DNA from: Halorussus marinus
GTDB lineage: Archaea; Halobacteriota; Halobacteria; Halobacteriales; Haladaptataceae
Direction of reading: 5' to 3'
Assembly: GCF_004765795.1 (NCBI RefSeq)
Contig: NZ_SBIV01000001.1
Span: 434,001 to 498,000, forward strand
Length of the DNA stretch: 64,000 bases
Each line of letters opens with the position of its first letter. Position 1 is the stretch's first letter. This document shows positions 48,345-57,573 of this stretch, in pieces. A model generated the notes under the pieces. It was not told the DNA's origin. It searched no databases and worked only from the letters and a program-made list of their open reading frames with translations. A program made the position numbers and the translations under genes.

Positions 48345-49037
48345 CTACGCGTCGACGCCGGCGCCGGCCGCCGGGTCGGCGGGGAGCGAGCCGACGCCGA
48401 CGGTGCCGTTCTCGAAGGTCACGCCGTCGGCCGCGATCGAGTCGAGCGTGGCGGTCCCGACGGTCAGATTCTCGGCGCCGACCGTGGGGCGCTCGATCGA
48501 CTCGGTCGCCTCCTCGGTCTCGTTGGGCGGCGAGATCGCCGCCTCCGCGGTTCCGACCGAGACGTTCGCCACCCGGGTGTCTCCGACGAGGAGCGAGGCC
48601 ACGCTCAGGTTCGAGAGCGTGACGGTGTCGCGCTCGACGGTGTCGTTCTCGGGGCGGTCGGCGCCGAACAGCGCTGTCGCGACCGTCTCGTTGCGGACGG
48701 TGACGTTCTCGAAGCGCACGTCCGAGAGGGTGGCGTTCGCGACGGTGAGGTTCCTCGCCGTGGCGGTCCCGAGCGACTCGGCCGACTCGTCGGCACCCCC
48801 GGCGAGCGTCAGGTCGTCGAGTCGCGCGTCGCCGACGTCGACGCCTGTCAGGCGCAACTCCGCGATCGTGAGGGTCTCGACTCGCACGGCGGTGTCGTTC
48901 TGTGCGTCGGCCTGGGCGGTCGCCGATTCGACCGCGGTCCCGGCCTCGGCGTGGGGCGAGACCGGCCCGCCGGCCGCGACGCCGGGGCCGATTCCGGCGA
49001 GCAAGACGACTGTGGCGACGACTGCTGGTGTTCTCAT
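48345..49037 (-). CDS. Secreted hypothetical protein rich in N-x-S/T sequons
   Basis: Sec-type signal; repetitive LTV/VTV strands; 11 sequons counted. Confidence 0.65.
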   Translation of the reverse strand: MRTPAVVATVVLLAGIGPGVAAGGPVSPHAEAGTAVESATAQADAQNDTAVRVETLTIAELRLTGVDVGDARLDDLTLAGGADESAESLGTATARNLTVANATLSDVRFENVTVRNETVATALFGADRPENDTVERDTVTLSNLSVASLLVGDTRVANVSVGTAEAAISPPNETEEATESIERPTVGAENLTVGTATLDSIAADGVTFENGTVGVGSLPADPAAGAGVDA

Positions 49038-49174
49038 GCGGTCGGACCGTCGCCGAACGCGTCAATAAACCGGCCGCACCGTTTCGCGGTTCCGCGGGCG
49101 ATTACGGGCGTTAGGACGGGATTACCGCGGTAGGGCGGCGGGATCGTCGCGCGCCCCGCGGCGGTGTCGCAGGA

Positions 49175-49456
49175 TCAGGCCGCGGTCTCGTAGGCGTCTC
49201 GGAACGCCGTCGTCTTGTCCTTGATGTTGCCCGCGGCCGCCTCCAGCGCGTCGAGGGGGTCTTCGCCCTCGGTCTTGACGGTCAGGATGGGTTCGGTCTG
49301 GCCGCCAGACTGCTCGGGGTTCACGTCGTAGGTCGCGGCCGCGACGCCGTCCTGTTCGAGTAGGGTCCCCTTCAGCACGTTCATGAAGGTGTGGTCCTCG
49401 CCCGCGATTTCGATAGAGAGTTCGTCGGCTTCCTTCTCGATGACCCGGAGTTCCAT
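49175..49456 (-). CDS. rpoL: DNA-directed RNA polymerase subunit L (Rpo11)
   Basis: MELRVIEK...[17 protein letters not shown]. Confidence 0.95.
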   Translation of the reverse strand: MELRVIEKEADELSIEIAGEDHTFMNVLKGTLLEQDGVAAATYDVNPEQSGGQTEPILTVKTEGEDPLDALEAAAGNIKDKTTAFRDAYETAA

Positions 49457-49551
49457 ACCCCTCCCTTCCGTCCTCGGCGGTTTCAATATTGCGAAAGCTC
49501 GGTTTCGGGGCCGACGACCGTTTTATGTCGCGGTGGTCGAAAACACCGGCA

Positions 49552-51210
49552 ATGCTCGAACTCCCCTCGTGGCTGCCCTCCCCGGTGCAGGTGGCGGTCC
49601 CGCTCGCGCTGGCGGCGTCGCTGGCGCTGGTGTGGCGCCTCGACCGCCCGCGGGGCCGGTGGGGTCGGCGGCTCCGGTCGCGGTTCGTCCTCGGCGTTCC
49701 GTGGGGGACGCTCGCGTCGGTCTGTGGCGTCCTCGCGGTGTACCTGTTCGTCCAGCAGGGCGCCGCCCGGTGGCGCGCTCCCCTCACGCTCCCGTTCTCC
49801 TCGTGGTCGTACCTCTACCCCACTGGGTGGTTGTTCGCGGCGTTCTCCCACGCCGGACCGGGCCACCTCGTCGGCAACCTCACGACGACGCTCGCGGTCG
49901 CGCCCCTCGCGGAGTACTTCTTCGGTCACTTCCGGCGCGAGCGCGGCCACAACCCCTTCTCGTCGTGGCGGTCGAACCCGTACGTCCGGGCCTTCCTCGT
50001 CTTCCCTGCGGGAGTGTTCGTCGTCGGGCTCGCGACCAGTCTGCTGGCGTGGGGACCGATCATCGGCTTCTCGGGGGTCGCGTTCGCGTTCGTCGGGTTC
50101 GCGCTGGTCCGTTACCCCCTCGCGACCGTCGTCGCGGTGTCGGCACAGGGCGTGGTCCGGACGGTGTACCGCGCCCTGCGAGACCCCGTCGCGTTCGGCT
50201 CGGGGGGCACCAGTTTCAGCCAGCCGTGGTGGTACGGGATCGCGGTTCAGGGCCACGCGCTCGGGCTGTTTCTCGGAGTGTTGGCGGGCGTGCTGGTCCT
50301 CTACCGGCGCCGCGAGCGTCCGGACGCGCTCGGGCTCTGGACCGGCGCGGTCGTGCTCGGGGTCTCGATGAACCTCTGGGCGGTGTGGTGGTACCGCGGC
50401 GAGAGCTCCTACGTCCTCTATCGGGGGCTCGGCGTGCTGTTCGTGGTCGCGGTCGCGGCGCTGGTCGCCGCCGCCGCGACCGCCGACGCCCGATCGCTCT
50501 CGGTCCCGCTGGTCGAGGACGTCACTCGCCAACAGGTAGGTGTCGTCGCACTCCTGATCCCGCTGGCGGTGATGGCGGGGGTCGCCATCCCGGTCAACCT
50601 CACGAGCGTCGACGGGGCGAGCGTGCCGGGCGAGGGCCCCGGGATCGAGACCGGCGGGTACACCGTCACCTACGCCGAGGGCGTCCGGAACGAGAAGGTC
50701 TCGGTGGTCGACGTCGAACTGTTCGGCGAGACCACCAACGTCACCACCAGCGGCGTCATCGTGGTGAACGACGATCGCGAGATCTGGACCCAGCAGGTCC
50801 CGAAGGCTCGGCTCGCGTCGGCCGGCCGGCTGGGGGTCCGGGTCGGCGGGCTCGGGTGGTCGGAGGTCGTCGGCGTCCAGCGCCGGGGCTGGTCGGTCGC
50901 CGACGGTCCGACCGCCTATCAGGTGTGGCTCCACGGGCCCGACGACGACGGCTGGACCCACACCTACGCCTCGGACCCCGCGACGGCGGGGCCAACGCTC
51001 GCGAACCGGACCGTCGACGTCGTGCCGGCCAACGGGACGTTCTACCTCCGGGTGTCGAACGACAACGCGACGTTCCGGACCGCGCCGATGCCGGCGGTAA
51101 ACGAGTCGGTGACGATCGGGCCGGTCCGGTTCGAGCGCGAACAGCGCCGACTGTTCGCCGCCGTCGACGGGACCCGGCTCCGGATCGCCACGCGGGAGAA
51201 CCGCAACTGA
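49552..51210 (+). CDS. Rhomboid family intramembrane serine protease with extracellular C-terminal domain
   Basis: FSHAG..HLVGN, GFSG (catalytic Ser), GHALG (catalytic His). Confidence 0.88.
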   Translation: MLELPSWLPSPVQVAVPLALAASLALVWRLDRPRGRWGRRLRSRFVLGVPWGTLASVCGVLAVYLFVQQGAARWRAPLTLPFSSWSYLYPTGWLFAAFSHAGPGHLVGNLTTTLAVAPLAEYFFGHFRRERGHNPFSSWRSNPYVRAFLVFPAGVFVVGLATSLLAWGPIIGFSGVAFAFVGFALVRYPLATVVAVSAQGVVRTVYRALRDPVAFGSGGTSFSQPWWYGIAVQGHALGLFLGVLAGVLVLYRRRERPDALGLWTGAVVLGVSMNLWAVWWYRGESSYVLYRGLGVLFVVAVAALVAAAATADARSLSVPLVEDVTRQQVGVVALLIPLAVMAGVAIPVNLTSVDGASVPGEGPGIETGGYTVTYAEGVRNEKVSVVDVELFGETTNVTTSGVIVVNDDREIWTQQVPKARLASAGRLGVRVGGLGWSEVVGVQRRGWSVADGPTAYQVWLHGPDDDGWTHTYASDPATAGPTLANRTVDVVPANGTFYLRVSNDNATFRTAPMPAVNESVTIGPVRFEREQRRLFAAVDGTRLRIATRENRN

Positions 51211-51263
51211 GGGGTACTGTTCGAGGTCGCGTCCGAGTCGAACGACCGGCGACTCGACGGGGG

Positions 51264-51884
51264 TCAGGGCGTCCAGACGATTCGGAACGCCTCGGCGTCG
51301 AGAACCTCGCGGTCGCTCGTCTGGTGGTCGAACTGCCGGGGGAGGGTGAGCGCCGCCCGGAACGCGTGGGTCACCTCCCCGCCTTCGTCGGCGGCGAACG
51401 ACTCGACGAACTCCCGGCTCCCGGCGTTGTGGATCGAGTACGAGACCGCCCCGAGATCGGCCGCGGTCGACAGAAACGCGCGGTCGGCGTGGGCGTTGCC
51501 CCGCTGGGCGCCGAACGGCGGGTTCATCACGACGGTGGCGCCCCCGAGGTCGAGCGGCGGGCGGGTCGCGTCCCCGCACACCCACGCGACGCCGACCGCG
51601 GGGTCGATCCGGCGCTCGTTTTCGCGGGCGACCGCGAGCGCGCCGCGGTCGCGGTCGAGTCCGACGACGCGGGCGGGCGCTCGGGTCGCCGCCCCGAGCG
51701 CCAGCATCCCGGTCCCGGTCCCCAGATCGACCACCGTCCGGCCCGCGAGGTCCCCCTGGACGTCCGCGAGGTGGACGAGGTGGGCCGCGAGGTCGGCCGG
51801 CGTGGGGTACTGTTCGAGGTCGAGGCGGGGGTCGTCGAAGCCCGCGACCGCCGACAACCGACGCTCGAGAGCGGCCCTGCTCAT
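51264..51884 (-). CDS. METTL5 family N6-adenine methyltransferase
   Basis: LEQYPTP, DLGTGTG, MNPPFG, YSIH. Confidence 0.9.
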   Translation of the reverse strand: MSRAALERRLSAVAGFDDPRLDLEQYPTPADLAAHLVHLADVQGDLAGRTVVDLGTGTGMLALGAATRAPARVVGLDRDRGALAVARENERRIDPAVGVAWVCGDATRPPLDLGGATVVMNPPFGAQRGNAHADRAFLSTAADLGAVSYSIHNAGSREFVESFAADEGGEVTHAFRAALTLPRQFDHQTSDREVLDAEAFRIVWTP

Positions 51885-51948
51885 GCGGCGAGAGAGGCGG
51901 TCGAGAAAGGAGAACGTTCGGATTCTGTCTCGTCCGGGCGGCCGGGGC

Positions 51949-52350
51949 TCAGTCGGCCAGCGCGACGGGGCCGGCGACCTCGAACGCGACGCCTTCGCGG
52001 TGGGCGCGCTCGGCGAGCGCGGCGAGCGCGGGCCGGACCTTCGACTCGTCGGCGACGCTGTCGAACTCGACGGTGACGGTGTTCGCGCCGAGGAAGGCCG
52101 CCGCCCGGACGTACTCGCGGACCCGGTCGGCCTCTTGTTGGGTCGCGAACGAGCAGTCCTCGCCGAAGCAGGCGTCGACGACCACGCGAGCGGGCACGAG
52201 GTCGTCGGCGACGAACTCCCGTTTGAGCTCGCGCAGGTGGTCCGGGGCGGTCGAACCGATCGCGTCTGCGTCGAGGCTGACGGGGGTCGCGTCCTCGATT
52301 CGACAGCCTTCGACGGCGGTGCGGACGTCGGCGGAACGGGTGGCGCTCAT
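51949..52350 (-). CDS. Conserved haloarchaeal hypothetical protein
   Basis: Acidic ORF with CFGEDCS and ERAHREG; own AT-rich upstream region. Confidence 0.7.
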   Translation of the reverse strand: MSATRSADVRTAVEGCRIEDATPVSLDADAIGSTAPDHLRELKREFVADDLVPARVVVDACFGEDCSFATQQEADRVREYVRAAAFLGANTVTVEFDSVADESKVRPALAALAERAHREGVAFEVAGPVALAD

Positions 52351-52493
52351 GCTACTAATCCATATCCTTTACTCATACAAAAAGGTTTGTAAATGCTCAG
52401 TAGTAATATTCTGCGGCCGACGGCGGGCCGGAGGACAGGTATCTGTGAGCGAAAGTGTGTGAGACGCTGGCTGGACTCAGCGCCGCGAGCCCG

Positions 52494-53543
52494 CTACCAC
52501 GTCCCGTGGAACGTGTCGAACGAGAGCTCGTCGAGGGGCTTGTTCCCCACCGCGATCTCGTACTCGCCGGGCGTGAGCATCGGCTTGTGGAACTGCGGGC
52601 CGTCGTCGGTCGTGATCCGGGGACAGCCCGTGTTGACGAACGCGTCCATGTCGAAGTTCCGGAGCCGATCGGGGGTGACCTCGTCCATCGTGATGAGGTA
52701 GGCGTCGTCGTTGGCGTCGAGGATCTCCTGGGCCTGCTCCCACCGGCCCTGTCCGATCTTGGTGCAGAAGATGACGCCCCACTTCTCGGCGTCCATGGCC
52801 TTGTGGACGGCGGCGTAGCGCTGTTTGAGGAACTGATCGGTGTCCGCGACCGTCACCACGTTGTTGACCGGATCGGCGATGACGACGTTCTTGTCGGGGT
52901 GTTCCATCGCGAGTCCGAGCGGATGGAACTTCCCGCCGCCGACGTACAGCACTTGGTCGGCGTCGATGTCCGCCGAGGCGTAGTTACAGCCCAGCACTTG
53001 GCCCTCGTGGGTCAGCCGGTCGTCGCCCCGGCGGGTGTGGACCTCGAAGCCCCGGTCGTCGAGCCACGACTTCATGTCCTCGAACTGGTTCATGTGCTGG
53101 GCGGTGGTGACGAGTCCGATGTCGGGGTCCTCGGCGGGATCGGCGAGCTCGTCGAGGGACTCTTCGATGATCGGGAACACGTCGACGTTCGAGAACAGCG
53201 GGACGTAGATGACCTTGTCCGTGTTCTTCATCGGCGAGTGGCCGAAGTGGACGAACACGTCGGTCCGCTTCATCAGGAAGGTGTCGAGGTCGCAGGCGCC
53301 GTAGCAGGGCTGGCCCGACAGCATCACGGTCACGTCGTCGGGGACGAGGTCGCGGATGTCGTCGGCGACCTTCGGGCCGCGGCGTTTGAGTCCCTCGGGG
53401 AACTGCAGGCCGACCTTGGTGGCGTCCCGGTCCTCGACCGCCTCCACGATGCGGTCGAGCTCGTAGTCCCACTCGCGGTCGTGCTTCAGGGACATGCCGG
53501 TCTTTCTGAGGTCTCCCTCGCTGTACTCGCTCTCTTGGCTCAT
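52494..53543 (-). CDS. dph2: Diphthamide biosynthesis enzyme Dph2
   Basis: LQFPEGLK, CYGACD, GQVLGC, TGCPRI. Confidence 0.95.
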   Translation of the reverse strand: MSQESEYSEGDLRKTGMSLKHDREWDYELDRIVEAVEDRDATKVGLQFPEGLKRRGPKVADDIRDLVPDDVTVMLSGQPCYGACDLDTFLMKRTDVFVHFGHSPMKNTDKVIYVPLFSNVDVFPIIEESLDELADPAEDPDIGLVTTAQHMNQFEDMKSWLDDRGFEVHTRRGDDRLTHEGQVLGCNYASADIDADQVLYVGGGKFHPLGLAMEHPDKNVVIADPVNNVVTVADTDQFLKQRYAAVHKAMDAEKWGVIFCTKIGQGRWEQAQEILDANDDAYLITMDEVTPDRLRNFDMDAFVNTGCPRITTDDGPQFHKPMLTPGEYEIAVGNKPLDELSFDTFHGTW

Positions 53544-53687
53544 TGGAATGCGTTTGTCGTCGCGGACGTTTAAGCGCGGTGTTCTGCGGGTCGCTCGGCC
53601 GCGAGACTGCCCGACGCGCCGGGCCGCTCCCAGCAAGCCAGGCGGTATCCGGCAGGTCTAAAACGCCGCGGGCCCAACTTCCGATAC

Positions 53688-54095
53688 ATGAGCGTCGAAT
53701 CCGACGCGGACACCGAGGCCGAGGCGACCGAACTCTCGCACGTCGAACAGCTCGGCGCGGAGCTCGGCGAGGCCATCGCCGAGACCCCCGAGTACCGGAC
53801 GTTCGAGGAGACGAAGGCGGCCGTCGAGGACGACGACGAAGCCCAACAGAAGGTCTCGGAGTTCGAGCAGCTCCGCCAGGAGTTCATGCTCGCGCGCCAG
53901 ACCGGCGAGGCGACCCAGGAGGACGTCCAGCAGGTCCAGCAGGCCCAACAGGAGCTTCACAGCCTCCCCGTGATGGAAGAGTACCTCGAAGCCCAAGAGG
54001 AACTGGAAGCCAAGCTCGAAGCCGTCAACGACGCCATCTCCGAGCCGCTGGCGGTCGACTTCGGCCAGCAGGGCGGCGGCTGCTGCGAGGACTGA
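53688..54095 (+). CDS. YlbF/YmcA family protein
   Basis: Helical LGEAI...PEY...EYLEAQ pattern; C-terminal GGCC. Confidence 0.85.
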   Translation: MSVESDADTEAEATELSHVEQLGAELGEAIAETPEYRTFEETKAAVEDDDEAQQKVSEFEQLRQEFMLARQTGEATQEDVQQVQQAQQELHSLPVMEEYLEAQEELEAKLEAVNDAISEPLAVDFGQQGGGCCED

Positions 54096-54180
54096 ACCCT
54101 CCGTTTTTTCGTCGGTCGCTCCGCCGGAGTGGCAACTACACCTAAGTCCGTGGGTAGTGTCTCTCACTACGGTGGGGAAT

Positions 54181-55614
54181 ATGACACGCGATACGACAGC
54201 CGAAACTGAAATCACGACCGACCGAGAGACGATTCGCACCTGGCTCGACGAGACCGGTGCCGAACCGGCGTACGTCGACGACGAGTCGGGCGCGCGCCAC
54301 CTCCACGTCCGTCACCCGGACGACGACACCGACGAGTCGTTCGAGGAGACGACGTGGGACGACTTCTTCGACCGGCTCGAAGACGACGAGATGGTGCTCG
54401 TCCGCCATCCCGACCGACGGGGCGGCGACCAGTTCGAGCTCCTGAGCCGGACCGAAGCGATGGAGCGAGCGACCCTCGACGACGAGGAGATCGAGCGCTC
54501 GCTGTTGGACGGGGAGGTCGTCACGAGCGAGATCACCGAGACGAAGGTGATCGAACGAACCGTCCAGGAGACAGAGACCATCGAGAGCGAGGTGATCGAC
54601 AGCGAGGTCGTCAGCGACGAGGTCGTCGGCGACCGGCTCGTGCGCCGCGAGATCGCGGGCATCCACCTCGGCGAGGAGGACGACCGCATCGCGGTCGTCG
54701 AGGACGACGAGACGCTGGGCTGGGAGGACGAGCGAGACGAGCTCGAACACGAGATCGTCACCCTCGACGTCGACGAGACCCGGGAGGTCACCCGCGAGAT
54801 CGTCGAGCGCAAGACCGTCGAGAGCCGAGTGGTCGACCGAGAGGTCGAGGGGACCGAGACCGTCGAGTCCGACACCTTGGAGGGGTCGGTCGACCTCGAA
54901 GGCGTCCACCGCACCATCCTCGAGAGCGACATGCTGGGCGGCGAGCTGGTCACCGAGGACGTGGTCGAGGGCGACCACATCGAAAGCGAGTTCACCGAGG
55001 ACGCGACCATCCTGACCGAGCTCTACGAGCGCCGGACCGTCGAAGACGAGGTCCTCGAACGCAAGCGACTCACCTTCGAGCTCGTAGAAGAGGAGACGAT
55101 CAGCACCGAGACCATCGCCACGACCAGCATCGAAAGCGAGCTACTCGGCACCGAGGAGACCACCGAAATCGTCGGAGCCGACGCGGAGGCCGTCGGCGCG
55201 GACGAGACCACCGCGACGACCGGTGTGGAGACGTCCGACGAGACGACTGCCATGAGCGAAACGCCGTCCGACGAGGCGACCGCGATGGGCGAAACGCCGT
55301 CCGACGAGACGACCGCGATGGGAGAGACCCCGTCCGAGGAGCCGATCGCGGACGACGACACCGCGACCGCGTCGGTCGTCCCCGACGACGACGATGTCGG
55401 CAAGCACGTCATCGACGCCCAAGACGAGCAGATCGGCGTTGTGACGGAGGTCGACGAGGAGACCGGCTCCGTCTACGTCGACCCGAACCCCGGACTCGCC
55501 GAGCGCATCAAGACCCGATTCGGGTGGGAGAGCCACGACGACGACGCGTACGCCGTCGAGGCCGACAGCATCGACGAGATCACCGACGACGAGGTGCGAC
55601 TCCGGAGCTTCTGA
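54181..55614 (+). CDS. Very acidic multidomain hypothetical protein with C-terminal PRC-barrel
   Basis: TTDRETIRTW...WDDFF domain, E/V/T/R beta-rich segments, GKHVIDAQDEQIGVVTEV. Confidence 0.75.
   Translation: MTRDTTAETEITTDRETIRTWLDETGAEPAYVDDESGARHLHVRHPDDDTDESFEETTWDDFFDRLEDDEMVLVRHPDRRGGDQFELLSRTEAMERATLDDEEIERSLLDGEVVTSEITETKVIERTVQETETIESEVIDSEVVSDEVVGDRLVRREIAGIHLGEEDDRIAVVEDDETLGWEDERDELEHEIVTLDVDETREVTREIVERKTVESRVVDREVEGTETVESDTLEGSVDLEGVHRTILESDMLGGELVTEDVVEGDHIESEFTEDATILTELYERRTVEDEVLERKRLTFELVEEETISTETIATTSIESELLGTEETTEIVGADAEAVGADETTATTGVETSDETTAMSETPSDEATAMGETPSDETTAMGETPSEEPIADDDTATASVVPDDDDVGKHVIDAQDEQIGVVTEVDEETGSVYVDPNPGLAERIKTRFGWESHDDDAYAVEADSIDEITDDEVRLRSF
55234..55332 (+). 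repeat. 33-bp tandem repeat x3 (SDE(T/A)TAM(S/G)ETP)
   Basis: Units start at 55234, 55267 and 55300, in frame. Confidence 0.9.
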
Positions 55615-55658
55615 CCCGAAGAACAACACTTACCTCTTTTCTCGGCCCAGTTGGCCGC

Positions 55659-56492
55659 ATGAGGATACACAGCGACTGGGGCGACTGGCTCGTCCGCGAC
55701 GTCGAGGACGCCGACCCCGACGGGATCGCGGTCTGGTATCTCGGTTGCAACGGGTTCGTTCTCAAGGCGGCCGACACCACGCTGTTCGTCGACCCGTACC
55801 TCGGGATCGGCGATCCGCCCCGGACGGTCCGGATGATCCCGGTCCCGTTCGACCCCGCGGACGTGACCGAGGCCGACGCGGTGTTCGCGACCCACGAGCA
55901 CACCGACCACGTTCACGGCCCGAGTCAGGCCCCGATTCTGGAGGCCACCGGCGCGACCTTCTATGCGCCCGACGACAGCCTCGCGGTCGCCCGCGAGGAC
56001 GAAGCGTGGACCGACGAGTGGGCGATCGACGACGACCAGTTCGGCGAGGTCAAGGCGGGCGACACCGTCGAGGTCGGCGCGTTCACGGTCCACGTCGAGC
56101 CGGCCAACGACCCCGACGCGTCCCACCCGGTGAGCTACGTGTTCGAGCACGACGGGGACACGTTCTTCCACGGCGGCGACACCAAGCCGAGCGAGGAGTT
56201 CGAGCGCGTCGGCGACGCCTACGACATCGACCTCGGCGTGCTGGCGTTCGGGACCGTGGGCAACATCCCGGACAAGGAGACCCGCGAACCGAAGCGCACG
56301 CGGTGGTACAACGACGAGAATCAGGCGATCGAGGCCGCCAGCGACCTCGGCGTCGACCGCCTGCTCCCGACCCACTGGGACATGTGGAAGGGACTGACCG
56401 CCGACCCGACGGCGCTCTACCACCACGCGCGGAGCTTCGAGCACCCGCGACGCCTCGAACTCGCCGAGATCGGCGACCGGGTCGACGTCTGA
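55659..56492 (+). CDS. MBL-fold metallo-hydrolase (UlaG-like)
   Basis: WYLGCNGF, THEHTDH, HGGDT, PTHWDMW. Confidence 0.9.
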   Translation: MRIHSDWGDWLVRDVEDADPDGIAVWYLGCNGFVLKAADTTLFVDPYLGIGDPPRTVRMIPVPFDPADVTEADAVFATHEHTDHVHGPSQAPILEATGATFYAPDDSLAVAREDEAWTDEWAIDDDQFGEVKAGDTVEVGAFTVHVEPANDPDASHPVSYVFEHDGDTFFHGGDTKPSEEFERVGDAYDIDLGVLAFGTVGNIPDKETREPKRTRWYNDENQAIEAASDLGVDRLLPTHWDMWKGLTADPTALYHHARSFEHPRRLELAEIGDRVDV

Positions 56493-56513
56493 GTCCGGTG
56501 GCGACCGACCGGC

Positions 56514-57443
56514 TCAGACCGGACAGAGCGAGCGCACGCCCGCCGGCAGGGTCCCGCCCTGCACCCAGCCGTCGAGTTCGCGGACGATGATGCGGCCGCG
56601 GTTCGTGGCCGCGAGCACCTCGCGGTCGCGAGCGGCCCACGCGAGCACGACCTCCTCGGGGCGGCCCGGGTACGCCAGCGCCTCGAACTCGGGCGGCTCC
56701 GTCCTCGACTCGAACAGCGCCGCGTCGGCCCCCGACGAACCCTGCCACGTCCCGGGCGACGATCGGGCGGCCGCCGCGTAGAGCACGCCGTCGGCCTCGA
56801 ACGCCTCGCGGAAGTAGGTGTGGTCGAGGTCCCGGTCGAGCCGGGTCCACGACTCGCCCGCGTCGCGGGTCCGGTAGAGCCCGCCGCCACAGGAGGCGAC
56901 GTACTCGTCGGGGCCGCGAACGAGGACGTGGTGGACGTCGTCTTGCAGGCCGTCCCGGCGCTCGGTCCACGTCTCGCCGCGGTCGTCGCTGACGTGGACG
57001 CCGCCGACCTCCACGCCCGCGACGAGGCGGTCGGGCGCGTCCGGGTGGGCGCCGAGGCTCCGGACGTGGGCCTCGTCGCGGTGGCGCGGGGTGTACCACT
57101 CCTCGCGCGAGGGGAGGTCTTGCAATCCCGCCAGTTCGGTCCACGAGCCGCCGTCGTCCGCCGAAACGTAGAGGTGGGCGGGATGGGTACCCGCGTAGAG
57201 GCGCTCGCCCGCCGGATCGCCGAGCACCGAGTACACCTCCTCGCGGGGGACGCCGAGGTCGATCCACGAGTCGCCGCCGTCGGTCGATCGGTACAGCCCG
57301 GACTTCGTGGCCGCGAAGACGCCGTCCCAACCGTCGAACCGCCGAATCCGCATCGTTCGCCCCGCGTCCAGCACCCGTCGGGCGGACTCGAATCGCGGCC
57401 CGGCCGTCCGGTACACGCCGTCGTCGGTCCCTGCGAGTAGCAT
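56514..57443 (-). CDS. BNR/Asp-box repeat beta-propeller protein
   Basis: Repeated S-x-D-x-G-x-(S/T)-W boxes. Confidence 0.85.
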   Translation of the reverse strand: MLLAGTDDGVYRTAGPRFESARRVLDAGRTMRIRRFDGWDGVFAATKSGLYRSTDGGDSWIDLGVPREEVYSVLGDPAGERLYAGTHPAHLYVSADDGGSWTELAGLQDLPSREEWYTPRHRDEAHVRSLGAHPDAPDRLVAGVEVGGVHVSDDRGETWTERRDGLQDDVHHVLVRGPDEYVASCGGGLYRTRDAGESWTRLDRDLDHTYFREAFEADGVLYAAAARSSPGTWQGSSGADAALFESRTEPPEFEALAYPGRPEEVVLAWAARDREVLAATNRGRIIVRELDGWVQGGTLPAGVRSLCPV

Positions 57444-57573
57444 AGTCGCCCATACGGCGGGCCGCGTCAAATAGCTGGGTTCGAGCCGACTCGGGCGCGA
57501 CCGGCTCTGTCGCGCCGGTCGTTTCGCCCGCGACGGCGTGTGATTTATATGGCCGTTCTGGGATGGTCATCAC

